This document shows positions 19,162 through 30,192 of a DNA stretch of 64,000 nucleotides, piece by piece. How positions within the stretch are numbered: position 1 is the first letter of the stretch; each line of letters opens with the position of its first letter. The DNA lies in the NCBI GenBank assembly GCA_965226495.1, contig OZ245365.1:2464001-2528000 (forward strand). Direction: 5' to 3'. The notes below the pieces were generated by a model. The model was not told the DNA's origin, ran no database searches, and was given only the letters and a program-made list of their open reading frames with translations. The position numbers and the translations under genes are program-made. The DNA comes from Candidatus Marinacidobacterales bacterium. GTDB lineage: Bacteria; Acidobacteriota; Vicinamibacteria; Marinacidobacterales; DATDRI01.

Positions 19162-20019
19162 ATGGCAGCTCGTCCCAAGGACTTGAACGGACACCTGGCT
19201 CTCTACCCCTATCTACAGAAGGAGCTTCCGAACGAGGATTACTGGCTATTTCAAATGCTGGCCTCGCGACTTGTGACCGCGTTTGGCATCTGGCTACCTA
19301 AGGAGGTCTACGCCCGCTTTCCAATATTGCTTCCCCATGTCATTCGCGCCGAGTCCGCCAATGGAGGAGGGAAAGCAGAAACCTCGGGTTCTCCTGATAA
19401 GAACGGGTACCTGCTGGACACTAACATCCTGATCAGAAATCTAGTCAAATCTCTTCCTTTCGATTCGCCACGAAGTCATTATCAGGGCCGTCGCATCGGC
19501 AGCGCACCTGGATGGGTGGCTGCACACGTGTGGCAAGTCAGGGAAGACGGGCAACGACCGACTCGCCATCACGTCACGAACTCCTTCGTGCCCAATCTCG
19601 TTTGGTTACCCAAAACTCTCGCGACACTCAGTGACCACAACCCGTTTGTTCAACAATATCTTCAGGCGCTCTCGCACAAGATCTATTCTGGGGTAGAGCA
19701 GCGTCAGGCCATGAAGAAAATCACGGCAAATGCGTGGCGCCAGTTGGAGATTCCGGAGATTCCTCCAGATGGACTGCCGGATCCCTCCAAGCTTAACTAC
19801 TTTGCGCTAGATGATGTTTGGCTTCAGAAACTGAGGTCAGGCGTCGCTGACGTTTTGAAGTCTCTTGAGCGCACCTCTCGCCGTAAGGAACCCGTCGAAA
19901 CCCTCCTACCTAAGAGATATCGAGATGGGCTGCGAGAGCTTGGGGGCAAAGCGACTGTTGAAATCCGTGCTTGGCTCAAGGAGTATCGTGACGCACTAGA
20001 TAGTGCGGCTCGGCCGTAG
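19162..20019 (+). CDS. Hypothetical protein with HNH-like motif
   Basis: WVAAHVWQ...NSFVPNLVWLPKTLATLSDH resembles a His-Me finger; GGAG RBS; co-oriented with gmrSD. Confidence 0.55.
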   Translation: MAARPKDLNGHLALYPYLQKELPNEDYWLFQMLASRLVTAFGIWLPKEVYARFPILLPHVIRAESANGGGKAETSGSPDKNGYLLDTNILIRNLVKSLPFDSPRSHYQGRRIGSAPGWVAAHVWQVREDGQRPTRHHVTNSFVPNLVWLPKTLATLSDHNPFVQQYLQALSHKIYSGVEQRQAMKKITANAWRQLEIPEIPPDGLPDPSKLNYFALDDVWLQKLRSGVADVLKSLERTSRRKEPVETLLPKRYRDGLRELGGKATVEIRAWLKEYRDALDSAARP

Positions 20020-20045
20020 CGACTACAAGGGCTCCTGCCTCGGGC

Positions 20046-20972
20046 TCACGAACCAGCACCCTCGTGCAGCTGCTCCGCATAAGCCACAATCTGGTCGCGC
20101 ACGGCTAACTTGCCGCGCCAGGATTTGGGAATCCCCTCCTCCCCGTAGTAGGCACCCGCGAGTTGGCCATAGACCGCGCCCGTTGTATCGGCGTCGTCAC
20201 CGAGATTGACAGCAAGTAGACATCCGTCTTGGAAAGACTCGCTCTGATGAAAGGCCCAAAGGGCCGCTTCGAGGGAACGGACCACATAGCCGGTACCTTG
20301 GATCTGCAGTGTTTCTTTGCTCTTGAAGGAACCTGCGGCGATCTCATCAATCTCGCGGATTAAATGGCGCTTGTCCCAGAGGCCGGGCACGGGAGTGTAG
20401 CGCTCCGAGAGCAACTGGTCTTTCGACTCGCCCGAGAGGGCGCCGACTAGCAAAGCGCCCAAATAACGACAAGCATCGATGCAGACCACGGTGCCATGAG
20501 TTGTTCGGGAGCTCTCCCCGGCTTTCTCGATGGCCCCTCGGGGATCGCGGGAATAGAACATTGGCACCGGTGCGAGGCGCATGATCGAGCCGTTCCCTGC
20601 TGACATCTCTTCCTGGCCGCCCGGGTATGGCTCTCGAGTCTTTTCAAACCGGTGGAGTGCCGCGCGGACGGTGCCGCCAATGTCGAAACAGCGACCGTTA
20701 CTGCTGAGGTATCCCTCTCGGTACCACCTTACGTAGCGCTCGAGTTGATCGATGGGGTCGAACCCCTTTGTTTCAATCAGGCTATCGGCGAGGCAGAGCG
20801 CCATCGACGTGTCGTCGGTCCACTCCCCAGGCTTGAGGTCGAAGGGCCCACCTCCGATGATGTCGTCGATGGGTTCGAAGGAATCTGGACTCCTGAACTC
20901 AAGGGTTGTCCCTAAGGCGTCCCCGACGGCAAGGCCGAGGAGACAGCCGCGATAGCGAGCGTTCGCATCCAT
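20046..20972 (-). CDS. ADP-ribosylglycohydrolase (DraG/ARH family)
   Basis: [42 protein letters not shown]. Confidence 0.95.
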   Translation of the reverse strand: MDANARYRGCLLGLAVGDALGTTLEFRSPDSFEPIDDIIGGGPFDLKPGEWTDDTSMALCLADSLIETKGFDPIDQLERYVRWYREGYLSSNGRCFDIGGTVRAALHRFEKTREPYPGGQEEMSAGNGSIMRLAPVPMFYSRDPRGAIEKAGESSRTTHGTVVCIDACRYLGALLVGALSGESKDQLLSERYTPVPGLWDKRHLIREIDEIAAGSFKSKETLQIQGTGYVVRSLEAALWAFHQSESFQDGCLLAVNLGDDADTTGAVYGQLAGAYYGEEGIPKSWRGKLAVRDQIVAYAEQLHEGAGS

Positions 20973-21034
20973 AACTCAGGGCCTACTGACGGGCTGAGTC
21001 TTCTTGGCTCCGAAATCCTTCTTCCCCTGCGCGA

Positions 21035-21370
21035 TCAATCGTACAGGACCGCGCCCTCACCGGTGTCCTCCAGCCGCGTAGAGCGGCACTTCGGGCACCG
21101 GGGATTGGCCCGGACGGTGAAGCTTCCGCCACATCGGCAGGACCCTGCGACGCGTTGGAACCTTCGCTCTTCGTTTCGGACCCTCCGCTTGTAGGCTTCC
21201 ACGCTCATACGCTCACCCCGATAGTTGTCTATGCGGATTTGGTTGTAGGCAACGGACTTCTCCTTTCCGCACCGGGTGCAATGGAGGAGCTGGAATGTGA
21301 TGCCTCCGCCCACGTTGATTTCGCAACGGTGCCCGCACTCCTTACACGCTACCTGGTAGCTCCTCCCCAT
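21035..21370 (-). CDS. Small double zinc-ribbon protein
   Basis: CKEC, CTRC, CRCGG, CPKC; GGAGG RBS. Confidence 0.7.
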   Translation of the reverse strand: MGRSYQVACKECGHRCEINVGGGITFQLLHCTRCGKEKSVAYNQIRIDNYRGERMSVEAYKRRVRNEERRFQRVAGSCRCGGSFTVRANPRCPKCRSTRLEDTGEGAVLYD

Positions 21371-21588
21371 TTGCGTCCTCCTGCGGATCCCAACCGAAAC
21401 GATTTCTCTGAAACAAGTGCGCTAGGCCTAATTCTGTGGTTTCCACAATTGTGGAGGACAATCGGAGATTTGGCAAAACCGGCCGTCATTGAACGTGGTT
21501 GCCAATCTCAGCCTCGCCAGACGGGACCGCCAGACCCTGTTGAGCGTCAAGATGTGTCGTTGCCAACAACAACCTAACCGGACGCGGG

Positions 21589-21613
21589 TCCGGAGCGAGT
21601 ACCCAAAAGTAAC
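21589..21613 (+). repeat. Palindrome-family site A
   Basis: TCCGGA-GCGAGTACCCAAAAGTAAC. Confidence 0.8.
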
Positions 21614-21702
21614 ACTTCACTCTTCGCGCCTATCGCGAAATCTCCCGGCCATTCGAGGGAGGACAGCGGGTCCCAATTTCGTCTCTCTTTTGAGAGAAGG
21701 CG

Positions 21703-21775
21703 ATGGGACACGACCAGCTCTTCAAAGCGATTCTGGAGAAGTTCTTCAAGGACTTCCTGGAGATCAGTTTGCTGG
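21703..21775 (+). pseudogene. Rpn/YhgA-like nuclease N-terminal snippet
   Basis: MGHDQLFKAILEKFFKDFLEI after a purine-rich RBS, then similarity ends. Confidence 0.55.
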
Positions 21776-21939
21776 AGCACGAGGGGTTGGGCTACGGCCG
21801 TGCTTAGCGAATTCACAACAACCGTGCTCATCTGTGCGGTTGCCCTCCTTGTCGGCAGCGTCGGTTCTTTATTTCTCGTACGTGTTTCCCTGGGCTCGGA
21901 GTCCGAGGTAGAAGAGCTTCGCTACCGACGAAACGTATG

Positions 21940-22033
21940 GCATGTCAGGCCTGAGGCCTCTCCGGACGGACGCTTTCTCGCCTTCGCGGCCATGACCTTT
22001 TCGGCCAACGTTTGGATGATTGAGGGTTTCTAG
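21940..22033 (+). pseudogene. C-terminal remnant of a PD40/TolB-repeat protein
   Basis: SPDGRFLAFAAMTFSANVWMIEGF* ending 3 bp before the kinase ATG. Confidence 0.55.
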
Positions 22034-22036
22034 AAG

Positions 22037-24640
22037 ATGCCCCTCGCGTCCGGCGCTCGACTCGGCCAATACCAGATCGTCGAACCCATTGGTGCGGGCG
22101 GAATGGGAGAGGTTTATCGCGCGCGAGACACAAAGCTCGAGCGTGAAGTCGCTATCAAAGTCCTACCTGATGAGCTCTCGAAAGATGCCGAACGGCTTTC
22201 GAGATTCGAAAGAGAAGCCAAGCTCCTCGCCGCGCTTAACCACCCGAACGTTGCGACGCTCTACGGGTTCGAAGACGGTTATCTGGTCATGGAGCTGGTC
22301 GAGGGTGACACCCTTGCGGAGCAGATCGCGCGTGGCCCGATTTCCGTGGATGAGGCCCTACCTCTATTTATACAGATTGCCGAAGGACTCGAAGCGGCGC
22401 ACGAAAAAGGCATCATTCATCGGGACCTGAAGCCGGCGAACATCAAGGTCACGCCAGAGGGCAAAGTCAAGATCCTCGACTTCGGGCTGGCCAAGGCCTT
22501 CGCGCCGCCGGAGGCTGAGGTCGATGATTCATCACAATCCCCCACCCTAACCAGAGGCACCGCGCTCGGTGCGATCATGGGTACGGCTTCTTACATGTCC
22601 CCCGAGCAAGCTCGCGGTAAATCGGTCGACAAGCGGACGGACATCTGGGCCTTCGGGTGCTGCCTCTACGAAGCGCTCACCGGAAGGAAAGCATTCCGTG
22701 GCGAGAACGCCTCCGATATCATCGCCAGGGTCATCGAGCGCGAGCCACAATGGCGTCTCCTACCGCCAGAAACGAGCCCCAAGCTGAGAGAACTGCTCGC
22801 ACGTTGCCTGGAAAAGGACCGCCGCCTTCGAAAGCAATCGATTGGAGACACGAGGACCGATCTCGAGCGGATGGGCGACGAGCCCGGCAGCCCGGTCTCC
22901 GAACCGCCCGAGCGAGTACAAGCATATGGCTTCGCGCTCGTCGCTTTTGCGGGCGGTGTCGTCGGCTCTCTTCTCACGCTACTTGTCTTGTGGAGCGTGC
23001 GGTCGAACCCATCGGCCGAAACGATCCGAACGAGCATCAATTTGCCTTCAGGGCAGACGTTCAACGGCCTGAACCCCACGGCCGTCGTCAATGTCTCCGC
23101 CGACGGGCGCGACGTGGTCTATGCCTCAGAAGGAAACTCATTCAAAGAGTTGTACGGCAAATCCACTATGGACTTCGAACCGGGCCCGATCGAAGGCACC
23201 GAAGGCGGGCAGCATCCCTTCTACTCACCCGACGGTCGTTGGATCGCCTTCTTTGCCGATGGCGAACTCCGCCGGGTACCGCACGAAGGTGGTGCTCACG
23301 TACACCTCGCGACGGCGTCCCGCTTCTGGGAGGGCACATGGACCGATCGCGATACCATCCTGTACGGGGGACGCGGCGGAATCGTCGAGATACCCGCCGA
23401 CGGGGGTGAACCGGTGTCGCTTTCCCGGATCGGCGCCGGTGTCACCGCCCACCGCCGCCCACAGCTCCTCCCCGGGGGACGCCACGTCTTGTTGACGATT
23501 ATCATGGAGAACCGCCAGGCCGTGGCTCTACTCGATCTGAATTCTGGATCGATCCACGAGCTTTTCGAAGGCGCGGGTGCTCGATATGCCGAGTCGGGGC
23601 ACCTGGTGTTCGGCCGTGGCAGCTCTCTCTGGGCAGTGCCGTTCGACGGAAATCGGATGGAGATCGCGGGGCAGGAGGCACCAGTTCTCCCGAGTGTCCA
23701 ACGGGATGGATTCGGCACACCGCAGTTCGGCTTGAGCCGCGACGGCACGTTGGTCTACGTTCCGGCCGGACTCGGTACGGAGGGCGAGCTCGTCCTGGCC
23801 GATCGAGCCGGCCAGATCACGCGTCGGCTCCGAAAGCTTTCGGCAGCGGCGTAGATCCCGAGCTTGTCTCCAGATGGCCGGCAGTTGTTGATGGGAATTC
23901 AGGACGCGGTAACCGCAGAGCCCGCGGTCTGGCTGTTCGACCTCGCACGCGGAGGTGGCGGTGCGCAGCTCGTGGGAGGCAGCATGCCGTTCTGGCGCCC
24001 CGACGGTGAGGAATTCGCCTACGCCGGGCTCGGCGGGGAGGTGAAGGCGCGGCAGGTAGATGGCTCCGACGCACCAGAGCTTCTATATCGACCAGAGTAC
24101 TTCACCTGGCCGACCTCGTGGTCGCCCGACGGCCGTTGGCTGGCTGTCACGGAATTTCGGCCTGACACTGGCGCCGACGCACTCGCCGTGTCGACCGACG
24201 ACCCCCAAGAAAGGATCGGTATTGCTTCGACGATTCGCTTTGAGGGCTTTCCCATGTTCTCGCCGGACGGCAAATGGGTCGCTCACACAGCAATTCGCAA
24301 TGGCCTGGAAGACGTCTACGTGAAGGGCTTCCCGGAGGGTGGAAGCTACAAGATCTCGAACAGCGGCGGTACGCGACCGATCTGGAATCGGAAAGGCGAT
24401 GCCATCTACTACACCCTTGGCAACAAAGTGATGTTCGTCGAGGTCGACACGGCCGACGGGTTCAGCTCGTCTCTGCCTCGAGAACTATTCGAAGGTCCGT
24501 ACCGGGCCTTCAACTTCGATGTTTCCCCCGATGGGCAAACCTTAGTGATGGTCGCGTATGATCCGTCGGTCCGTCCGCGGGTTCACTTGGTGCAGAATTG
24601 GTTCGAGGAGTTGAAGCGCCTCGCCCCCACGGATAACTAG
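22037..24640 (+). pseudogene. Ser/Thr protein kinase-TM-PD40 propeller protein with one in-frame TAG
   Basis: IGAGGMGEVY, VAIKVL, HRDLKPAN, DFG, YMSPEQ; ORFs 22037-23854 and 23864-24640 share a frame across the TAG at 23852. Confidence 0.88.
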
Positions 24641-24642
24641 TC

Positions 24643-24735
24643 ATGCCTCTTTCTTCTGGCGCTCGACTCGGGCAGTACGAAATCATCGAGCCCATTGGTG
24701 CGGGCGGAATGGGAGAGGTTTATCACGTGCGCAGA
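24643..24735 (+). pseudogene. Kinase N-terminal remnant (next gene of a tandem kinase array)
   Basis: MPLSSGARLGQYEIIEPIGAGGMGEVY, nearly identical to the start at 22037. Confidence 0.85.
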
Positions 24736-24836
24736 CGAAAGAGAGTCCAATGACACCGGCGCCGATCCCTACGACTTCGGACATCGCGAGGAGTTCTCAG
24801 AGCCTGCTTTTGCGGTCAAGGCAACGTTTAGCACTA

Positions 24837-26195
24837 TCAGTCGACAATTGACTGATACGCCAGGACTCGAAGTTGGTCATGAATCCTGTATCTGTTTTGC
24901 CAGGACGCAAGCTGGGTCATGACGATAACAATCAGCTCTTCTTGAGGGTCTGCCCAAAAATAGGTGCCAAATGCGCCCCCCCAGAAGTACGCCCCCAACG
25001 AGCCCGGTGTTCCCAATTCAACTAGGTCGGTTACGACTCCTAAGTGGAGGCCGTACCCATAGCTTCCGACTCCCCGTCGGACCGGCGGAAATCTACTGAT
25101 GTGATCCACCGTCATCAACTCCACAGTCTTACGGCTGAGAAGCCTGTTGTCGTCCAGCTCGCCCATGTTGAGCAGCATTTGACCAAAACGGGCGTAATCA
25201 GCGGCTGTAGAAACAAGACCGCCCCGGGGAATGAGATAGCGCCTGGGACCATGAATGAAAGAACTTGTGCTTGGCGAGTCAGCTAGTTTCAGTCCTTCCT
25301 CACTCTGGGAATAGACTGAAGTGAAGCGCGATGCCTTCTCCTCCGGAAGAAAAAAGTAAGTATCCTCCATTCCCAGACGTGAGAATATCCGCTCCTCGAA
25401 AAACTCGTCCAAAGGCATGCCCGAGACAACCTCAACCAGATAACCTAGAACATCGGATGACCAGTTGTATCCCCACTGGGTACCCGGTTGAAAGCTGAGC
25501 GGCAACGTTGCCAGTATCTTCACCGAGTCTGCGAGAGACATATCGGGATGCGGCTGGCAGGTCTCGGGTCGAAGGAAGGGCTCAAGTTTCTCCTGGAAGA
25601 GATCTGCAGTGAGCCATCTTTTGTCCTGAGACGTAATTCCGGAAGTATGAGTCAGTAGATCCATGATTGTGATCTCTCGCTTCGCGGGCACGGTTATGAA
25701 CTTTGCACCGCCTTTATCTCCGGGTGGCGGGGGGACGGCCACCTTGGGATTCCGGAATTCTGGAATAAACTTCGATATGGGGTCGGACAGCAGGAAATGC
25801 CCTTCCTCGAACAGCATCATGACGGCAACGGCGGTAATCGGTTTCGTCATCGAGGCAATCCGAAATATGGCATCTGTGCTTATTGGATTACGGGTTTCCA
25901 GTTCCTTCATTCCCAACGCATCCAGATACGCAATTCTCCCCCGCCGCGCGATCAAGATCACGGCCCCGGGAATCTCTTGACGGTCTATGAATCCCTCAAT
26001 AACCGGGCGAATCCGCGCTAGCCGTTCTGCGGACAATCCAACCTCCTCCGGCTTCGCATGAGGCATACCCGGTGTTTTCGCCCTGACATTGTCGGAAACG
26101 GTGAGGAAACTCAGCAGCGCGACTGCCAATAAACTGCGAGTAATTGCCCTTGGCCTTTTTGACATAGTCTGAGCGAACCTCACTTTTGCTGACAT
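24837..26195 (-). CDS. Beta-lactamase-like serine hydrolase
   Basis: FRIASMTK (SxxK), LLTHTSG, FQPGTQWGY, WGGAFGTYFWADP; signal peptide. Confidence 0.93.
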   Translation of the reverse strand: MSAKVRFAQTMSKRPRAITRSLLAVALLSFLTVSDNVRAKTPGMPHAKPEEVGLSAERLARIRPVIEGFIDRQEIPGAVILIARRGRIAYLDALGMKELETRNPISTDAIFRIASMTKPITAVAVMMLFEEGHFLLSDPISKFIPEFRNPKVAVPPPPGDKGGAKFITVPAKREITIMDLLTHTSGITSQDKRWLTADLFQEKLEPFLRPETCQPHPDMSLADSVKILATLPLSFQPGTQWGYNWSSDVLGYLVEVVSGMPLDEFFEERIFSRLGMEDTYFFLPEEKASRFTSVYSQSEEGLKLADSPSTSSFIHGPRRYLIPRGGLVSTAADYARFGQMLLNMGELDDNRLLSRKTVELMTVDHISRFPPVRRGVGSYGYGLHLGVVTDLVELGTPGSLGAYFWGGAFGTYFWADPQEELIVIVMTQLASWQNRYRIHDQLRVLAYQSIVD

Positions 26196-26226
26196 GGACC
26201 ACTTTGTTTAACAGAATGTCAGCCGC

Positions 26227-27375
26227 TTAAACCGACCAGATCTCTGACAGCACTCGCTTGAAGTTTCCTCCCAGGATGCCTTCGATGTCAGAATCGCTGT
26301 AATTGCGCCGTATCAGTCCCTCCGTAAGATCGTAAGTGCGTTTCCAGTGATCAAGTCCTTCGATCGTGGGTTTCTCCCGAAATTGATAGGCGGCGGCGTC
26401 CGGATGGCCGCCCGTGAGCTTATTGAGCGTTTCAGCAGTCCAACTGGTTGGGCCTTCCAGATCCAGATCACTGCCGACCCCAAGATATTCAACACCGACA
26501 AGCTTCTTCACATAATCAAAATGATCCAAAGCATGCTCAATAGTCGTTGGCTCCTTATCGCGCACGAAATTCCTGACATATACGATGCCCATCACTCCAC
26601 CAACGGCAGCCATCTTGCGAATGGCCTCGTCGGTCTTGCAACGGGGATGACCCGGCACGAGCGCGCGGCAAGTTGCGTGCGTGATCAATACGGGTTTCTT
26701 TGAGAACTCAAAAGCGTCCAGCGTCGTTTGATCGCCGCAGTGTGCTACATCGACCGCCATCCCAACTTTATTCATACGCTCGACAATCGCTATTCCGAAG
26801 TTACTCAGCCCACAATCCTTCCTCTCGGTCGATCCACTGCCAATCATATTCTGAGAATTGTAGGTCAATTGAGCGACGCGAAGCCCGAGGCTATGGAATA
26901 GGTTGACGTCATCCACTCTCTTGAAAGGATGCCTCTGAAGCCCCAGGAGGACCCCGAATTTGCCGGACTCTTTGACGCGGTTGAGATCCTCGGTGCTGTC
27001 AATTCGCATGAAAAACCGATCGTGGTTGGCAAGAAATCCATTCCAGTTCGTAAAAAAAGGCAATCCCCCACCGCCGGCAATGTTGAAAACGGTGAACCCC
27101 GAGTCTCTAAATCGTTCCCAATCTTCATTCGTGAAACTCTCTGGGTCGCGAAACCATCTCTCCGTAGTGCTTGTGTTATACGTAAGAGGAGAGCACATGT
27201 CGATCACGAATGACCGTTCGACGAGATCTATGGCCCGCGAGGAATACGTGCTTTCCGATCCTGCGAAGAGTTGATAGTTCCCGAGATTGATCATGGGAGT
27301 GCCCAGAAGCGCCCCAGTGGTTCCTCCCATGAGCTTTAGAGCACCCCTGCGTGTCATCTTCCTCTTTTTTCTCAT
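26227..27375 (-). CDS. Membrane dipeptidase (peptidase M19), Tat-exported
   Basis: MTRRGALKL Tat motif, QLTYNSQN, VDVAH, ITHA, GVGSDLD, ILGGNFKRV. Confidence 0.9.
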   Translation of the reverse strand: MRKKRKMTRRGALKLMGGTTGALLGTPMINLGNYQLFAGSESTYSSRAIDLVERSFVIDMCSPLTYNTSTTERWFRDPESFTNEDWERFRDSGFTVFNIAGGGGLPFFTNWNGFLANHDRFFMRIDSTEDLNRVKESGKFGVLLGLQRHPFKRVDDVNLFHSLGLRVAQLTYNSQNMIGSGSTERKDCGLSNFGIAIVERMNKVGMAVDVAHCGDQTTLDAFEFSKKPVLITHATCRALVPGHPRCKTDEAIRKMAAVGGVMGIVYVRNFVRDKEPTTIEHALDHFDYVKKLVGVEYLGVGSDLDLEGPTSWTAETLNKLTGGHPDAAAYQFREKPTIEGLDHWKRTYDLTEGLIRRNYSDSDIEGILGGNFKRVLSEIWSV

Positions 27376-27596
27376 TCGACAAAACCTCCTTCTGTCGCCT
27401 TGGGACGGCCGCTACGTTGCCCGGGCCGTTGACCCGATCGGTGTGTGAACCGCCGGCGACCATGGGACGTGACGTAGCCGCCGCTAGCAAGGGCAGGGCG
27501 AGACATGGCCGGTCTGCTTGTCACCTACCCGGTAGCCATAGTTATCATGCTATCGGTTCAGGCGCAGCTGGGCTAGAGGAGCCGTACGTCATCGAC

Positions 27597-27640
27597 CAAA
27601 ACTCGACCTTGAAACCGATCTGGATCTCACGACCCGGGAA
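27597..27640 (-). pseudogene. C-terminal snippet of a TonB-dependent receptor
   Basis: FPGREIQIGFKVEF, comparable to PRVLRMGIRFDF at the end of 58695-61616. Confidence 0.45.
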
Positions 27641-27655
27641 CGGTCCCACCAGGAC

Positions 27656-27895
27656 TCATTCCACCTCAACCATGACGCGCTCGATCGTCCCCGTGAACGC
27701 GAATGGCGGTTCGTAAGTCCAGCTCACCGGTGAGCCCCAGTCCTCGCCGACATCCAGGGTCTCGTCATAGGTGAAGAGCGTCGGCACCGTCTTGTCGATT
27801 CGTCCCTCGGCCACCTGAGTGCCGTTGAGGGACAGGGTGCCCTTCCCTCCCCTTCCTCGGCCGCCTCCGTCGTAAGCGAAGTCGAACCGTGACGA
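27656..27895 (-). pseudogene. Arylsulfatase C-terminal remnant
   Basis: RFDFAYDGGGRGRGG...TYDETLDVGEDWGSPVSWTYEPPF...VEVE matches the end of the sulfatase at 44745. Confidence 0.88.
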
Positions 27896-27941
27896 CGAGT
27901 AGGCGGTCCGGGGGCTTGGCAAAGAGACGTTCCTGAACCCG

Positions 27942-29987
27942 CTAGATTATGTCCAGCAATTGCCGGGCTGCTCTTTCGCCTTCTTCTACAGCAATAAACC
28001 AGGCCTGTATGCCAGCCAGTTCGGTGTGTCCAAAGGAGACACGACCGTAGCCCTGGCGAACGATATCACGAGCTACCGGTTTTCCATTTTTCCCGAAATA
28101 GAAACCAGGCTGAGGAGAAACAGCACCATGGCCCCATCGGTTTGCAATTATGCCTGCTATGTCTCTATCCGCATCAAAGCCATGGCTGGCGAACATTGTA
28201 GTCAGCTGCTGTCGAATGTTGTTTTCTATGTCCGCATAGGACATGTTGAACAATCTATTCCGTGCGACAATACATCGCTCCTTTAACGGCATCCCGGAAT
28301 GGGATGAAACACCAAAGAACGGAATATAGAAAGTCAGCATTACCGGCTTATCAGGGTGCAGAGGCGAATGTTCGCCATTTACAATCATCGGAGCGCGCAT
28401 GTCGGCGTACCAGCCAAATCCTTCAAACCATCTGGCAGCCGTTATGCCCAGCTTTTCCATAAATCGCCAATGCCTCAAAGCGACATTTACATTCAGACAT
28501 GGTGCATGATGAAACTGATCCATTGCGGAAATCAGCGTGGATGGTGCATCCCTTAGGACATACTTATTCATCCATTGTCCGCTGGCCATTACTACTCCCT
28601 TGGCTTTAACACGGTATACCTTGTCATTCTTAAGATATAGCACCTCTACTGCTGACGATGATGCGGGAGTACCAACGTGACGCACATCGAGAACAGTTGC
28701 TCCCAGGCGTAGTCGGACGTCTTGACCAGAGCGATCCAGATTATCCTGATTGACCGACCCAAACAGTATGTCACTCATGTTGTGTCGGACGTCTTGACCA
28801 GAGCGATCCAGATTAATTGACCGACCCAAACAGTATGTCACTCATGTTGTGGAATGGCTTCAGGGATCATTTTCTTAACGATATGACGAAGAATTCCTGT
28901 ATTCCCACCAGGGAAACTACCAGCCTCGACAGGAACGTCGATTTTAGGCCTGGACACGGCTTTTGAAAGCAATGCACCCACACCAATTCTTGGGAAGGAA
29001 TGATCAACACCATAGTATGCAGTCGTGACATCACAACCCATTGTTCCACCGGTGAAATACATAGGATCTAAGAAATCGAGGACGCCATCATGTTTTACGC
29101 CAACTACTTTCTGCAAATACTCCTTATAGGTCATACTATCCAGCCATTGCTCCCAGTTTTCGGGAACAGCCCCCTCCCACCTGGAAGTCCCTGACCTTGA
29201 TGAGATCGCGTTTCAAATCCGAAGAGAAGGGCAGATCGCGAAGATCATTTAGCCAGGGATCGACAGCCCAGGTATTCGCATTTCCTTTTACCGGATCATC
29301 AAAGAAATAACCCACATTGGCAATATGTCCACTCTCCAGACGTGGAGTAGTAAAGTTATCCTGACCAAATTTCAATGGCTTGTTGGTGCCTTCGACTTTG
29401 TGATGCCACTTTAACTCATCATCGTTTGCAGGCAATCCCACTTCATACCAAATCGGGTGATTCAGACCAAGCTTCTCCGCCGATGAGGCCGGCCAGGCAA
29501 AGGCGTTCGAGCCCTGGGATCCATATAACCGATAGCCGTCTACCTCCATATCATTTCGCCTGGCTTCGCCACCAAACATATTTTGATTATCGATTACCAG
29601 ACAATTATGTTTACCGGTTTTTTGAACTGTAAAGGCCGCAGTTAAACCAGAAAATCCACCTCCTACTACTACTACATCGACTTCACCCACCTCATGTATC
29701 ACCCCATGCTTCTTCCAATGGCCATCACGTAGTGAATGAGCAGCATTAACCACATCATGTGTATCACCATTTGCTGAAGCGTAATCACCAATACCCCCCG
29801 GTCCGGTCCAGGTCTCGTCCAGTAATTTGTATGACCTATTTTTTGCTGAGCCGACTCTTTGAGCATTTGCGGGTGCCTGCATGCTCAGTAATGCCGCACC
29901 CGCTCCGAGCAAGGTGCCGCCGACAAAATCGCGACGCGTTATTTTTCTGGTCGGATTGCGTGTCTTAGTTTCTTTTTTTTCAGTCAT
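27942..29987 (-). pseudogene. Tat-exported flavin oxidoreductase (spermidine dehydrogenase-like), frameshifted
   Basis: ITRRDFVGG Tat motif, VVVVGGGFSGL, FGGEARRN, FPGGNTGI, NRWGHG; frameshift near 29170 and duplication at 28712-28850; visibly lower GC than its flanks. Confidence 0.8.
28712..28850. repeat. Tandem duplication of 72 + 67 bp
   Basis: 28712-28783 is repeated at 28784-28850 without TCCTG. Confidence 0.92.
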
Positions 29988-30014
29988 ACTCTTGATCTCC
30001 TTCCAATAACGTTC

Positions 30015-30135
30015 CTCGATCTTGATCTCGGCAACGATGGAGAAAGAGCGGTTCTTGATGTCGATCGCCCCTGTTCCGTCATGCGAGAGATGTCGGGCCC
30101 GTAAACGGCTTTGTTTCCGGTCGCGAGTTGTGGTC
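30015..30135 (-). pseudogene. Arylsulfatase internal remnant
   Basis: GPQLATGNKAVYGPDISRMTEQG / IDIKNRSFSIVAEI parallels 45150-45265. Confidence 0.85.
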
Positions 30136-30192
30136 CTGGTCGGGCCGCTGCGGCGCCAACCGCCCGCCACTTAACCAAGCTTCGGTTCCACG

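Noticed and set aside
23852-23854. Pyrrolysine or stop-codon recoding in the kinase gene
   Set aside because: TAG is a normal terminator for many genes in the window and no pyl genes are present; a nonsense mutation is simpler
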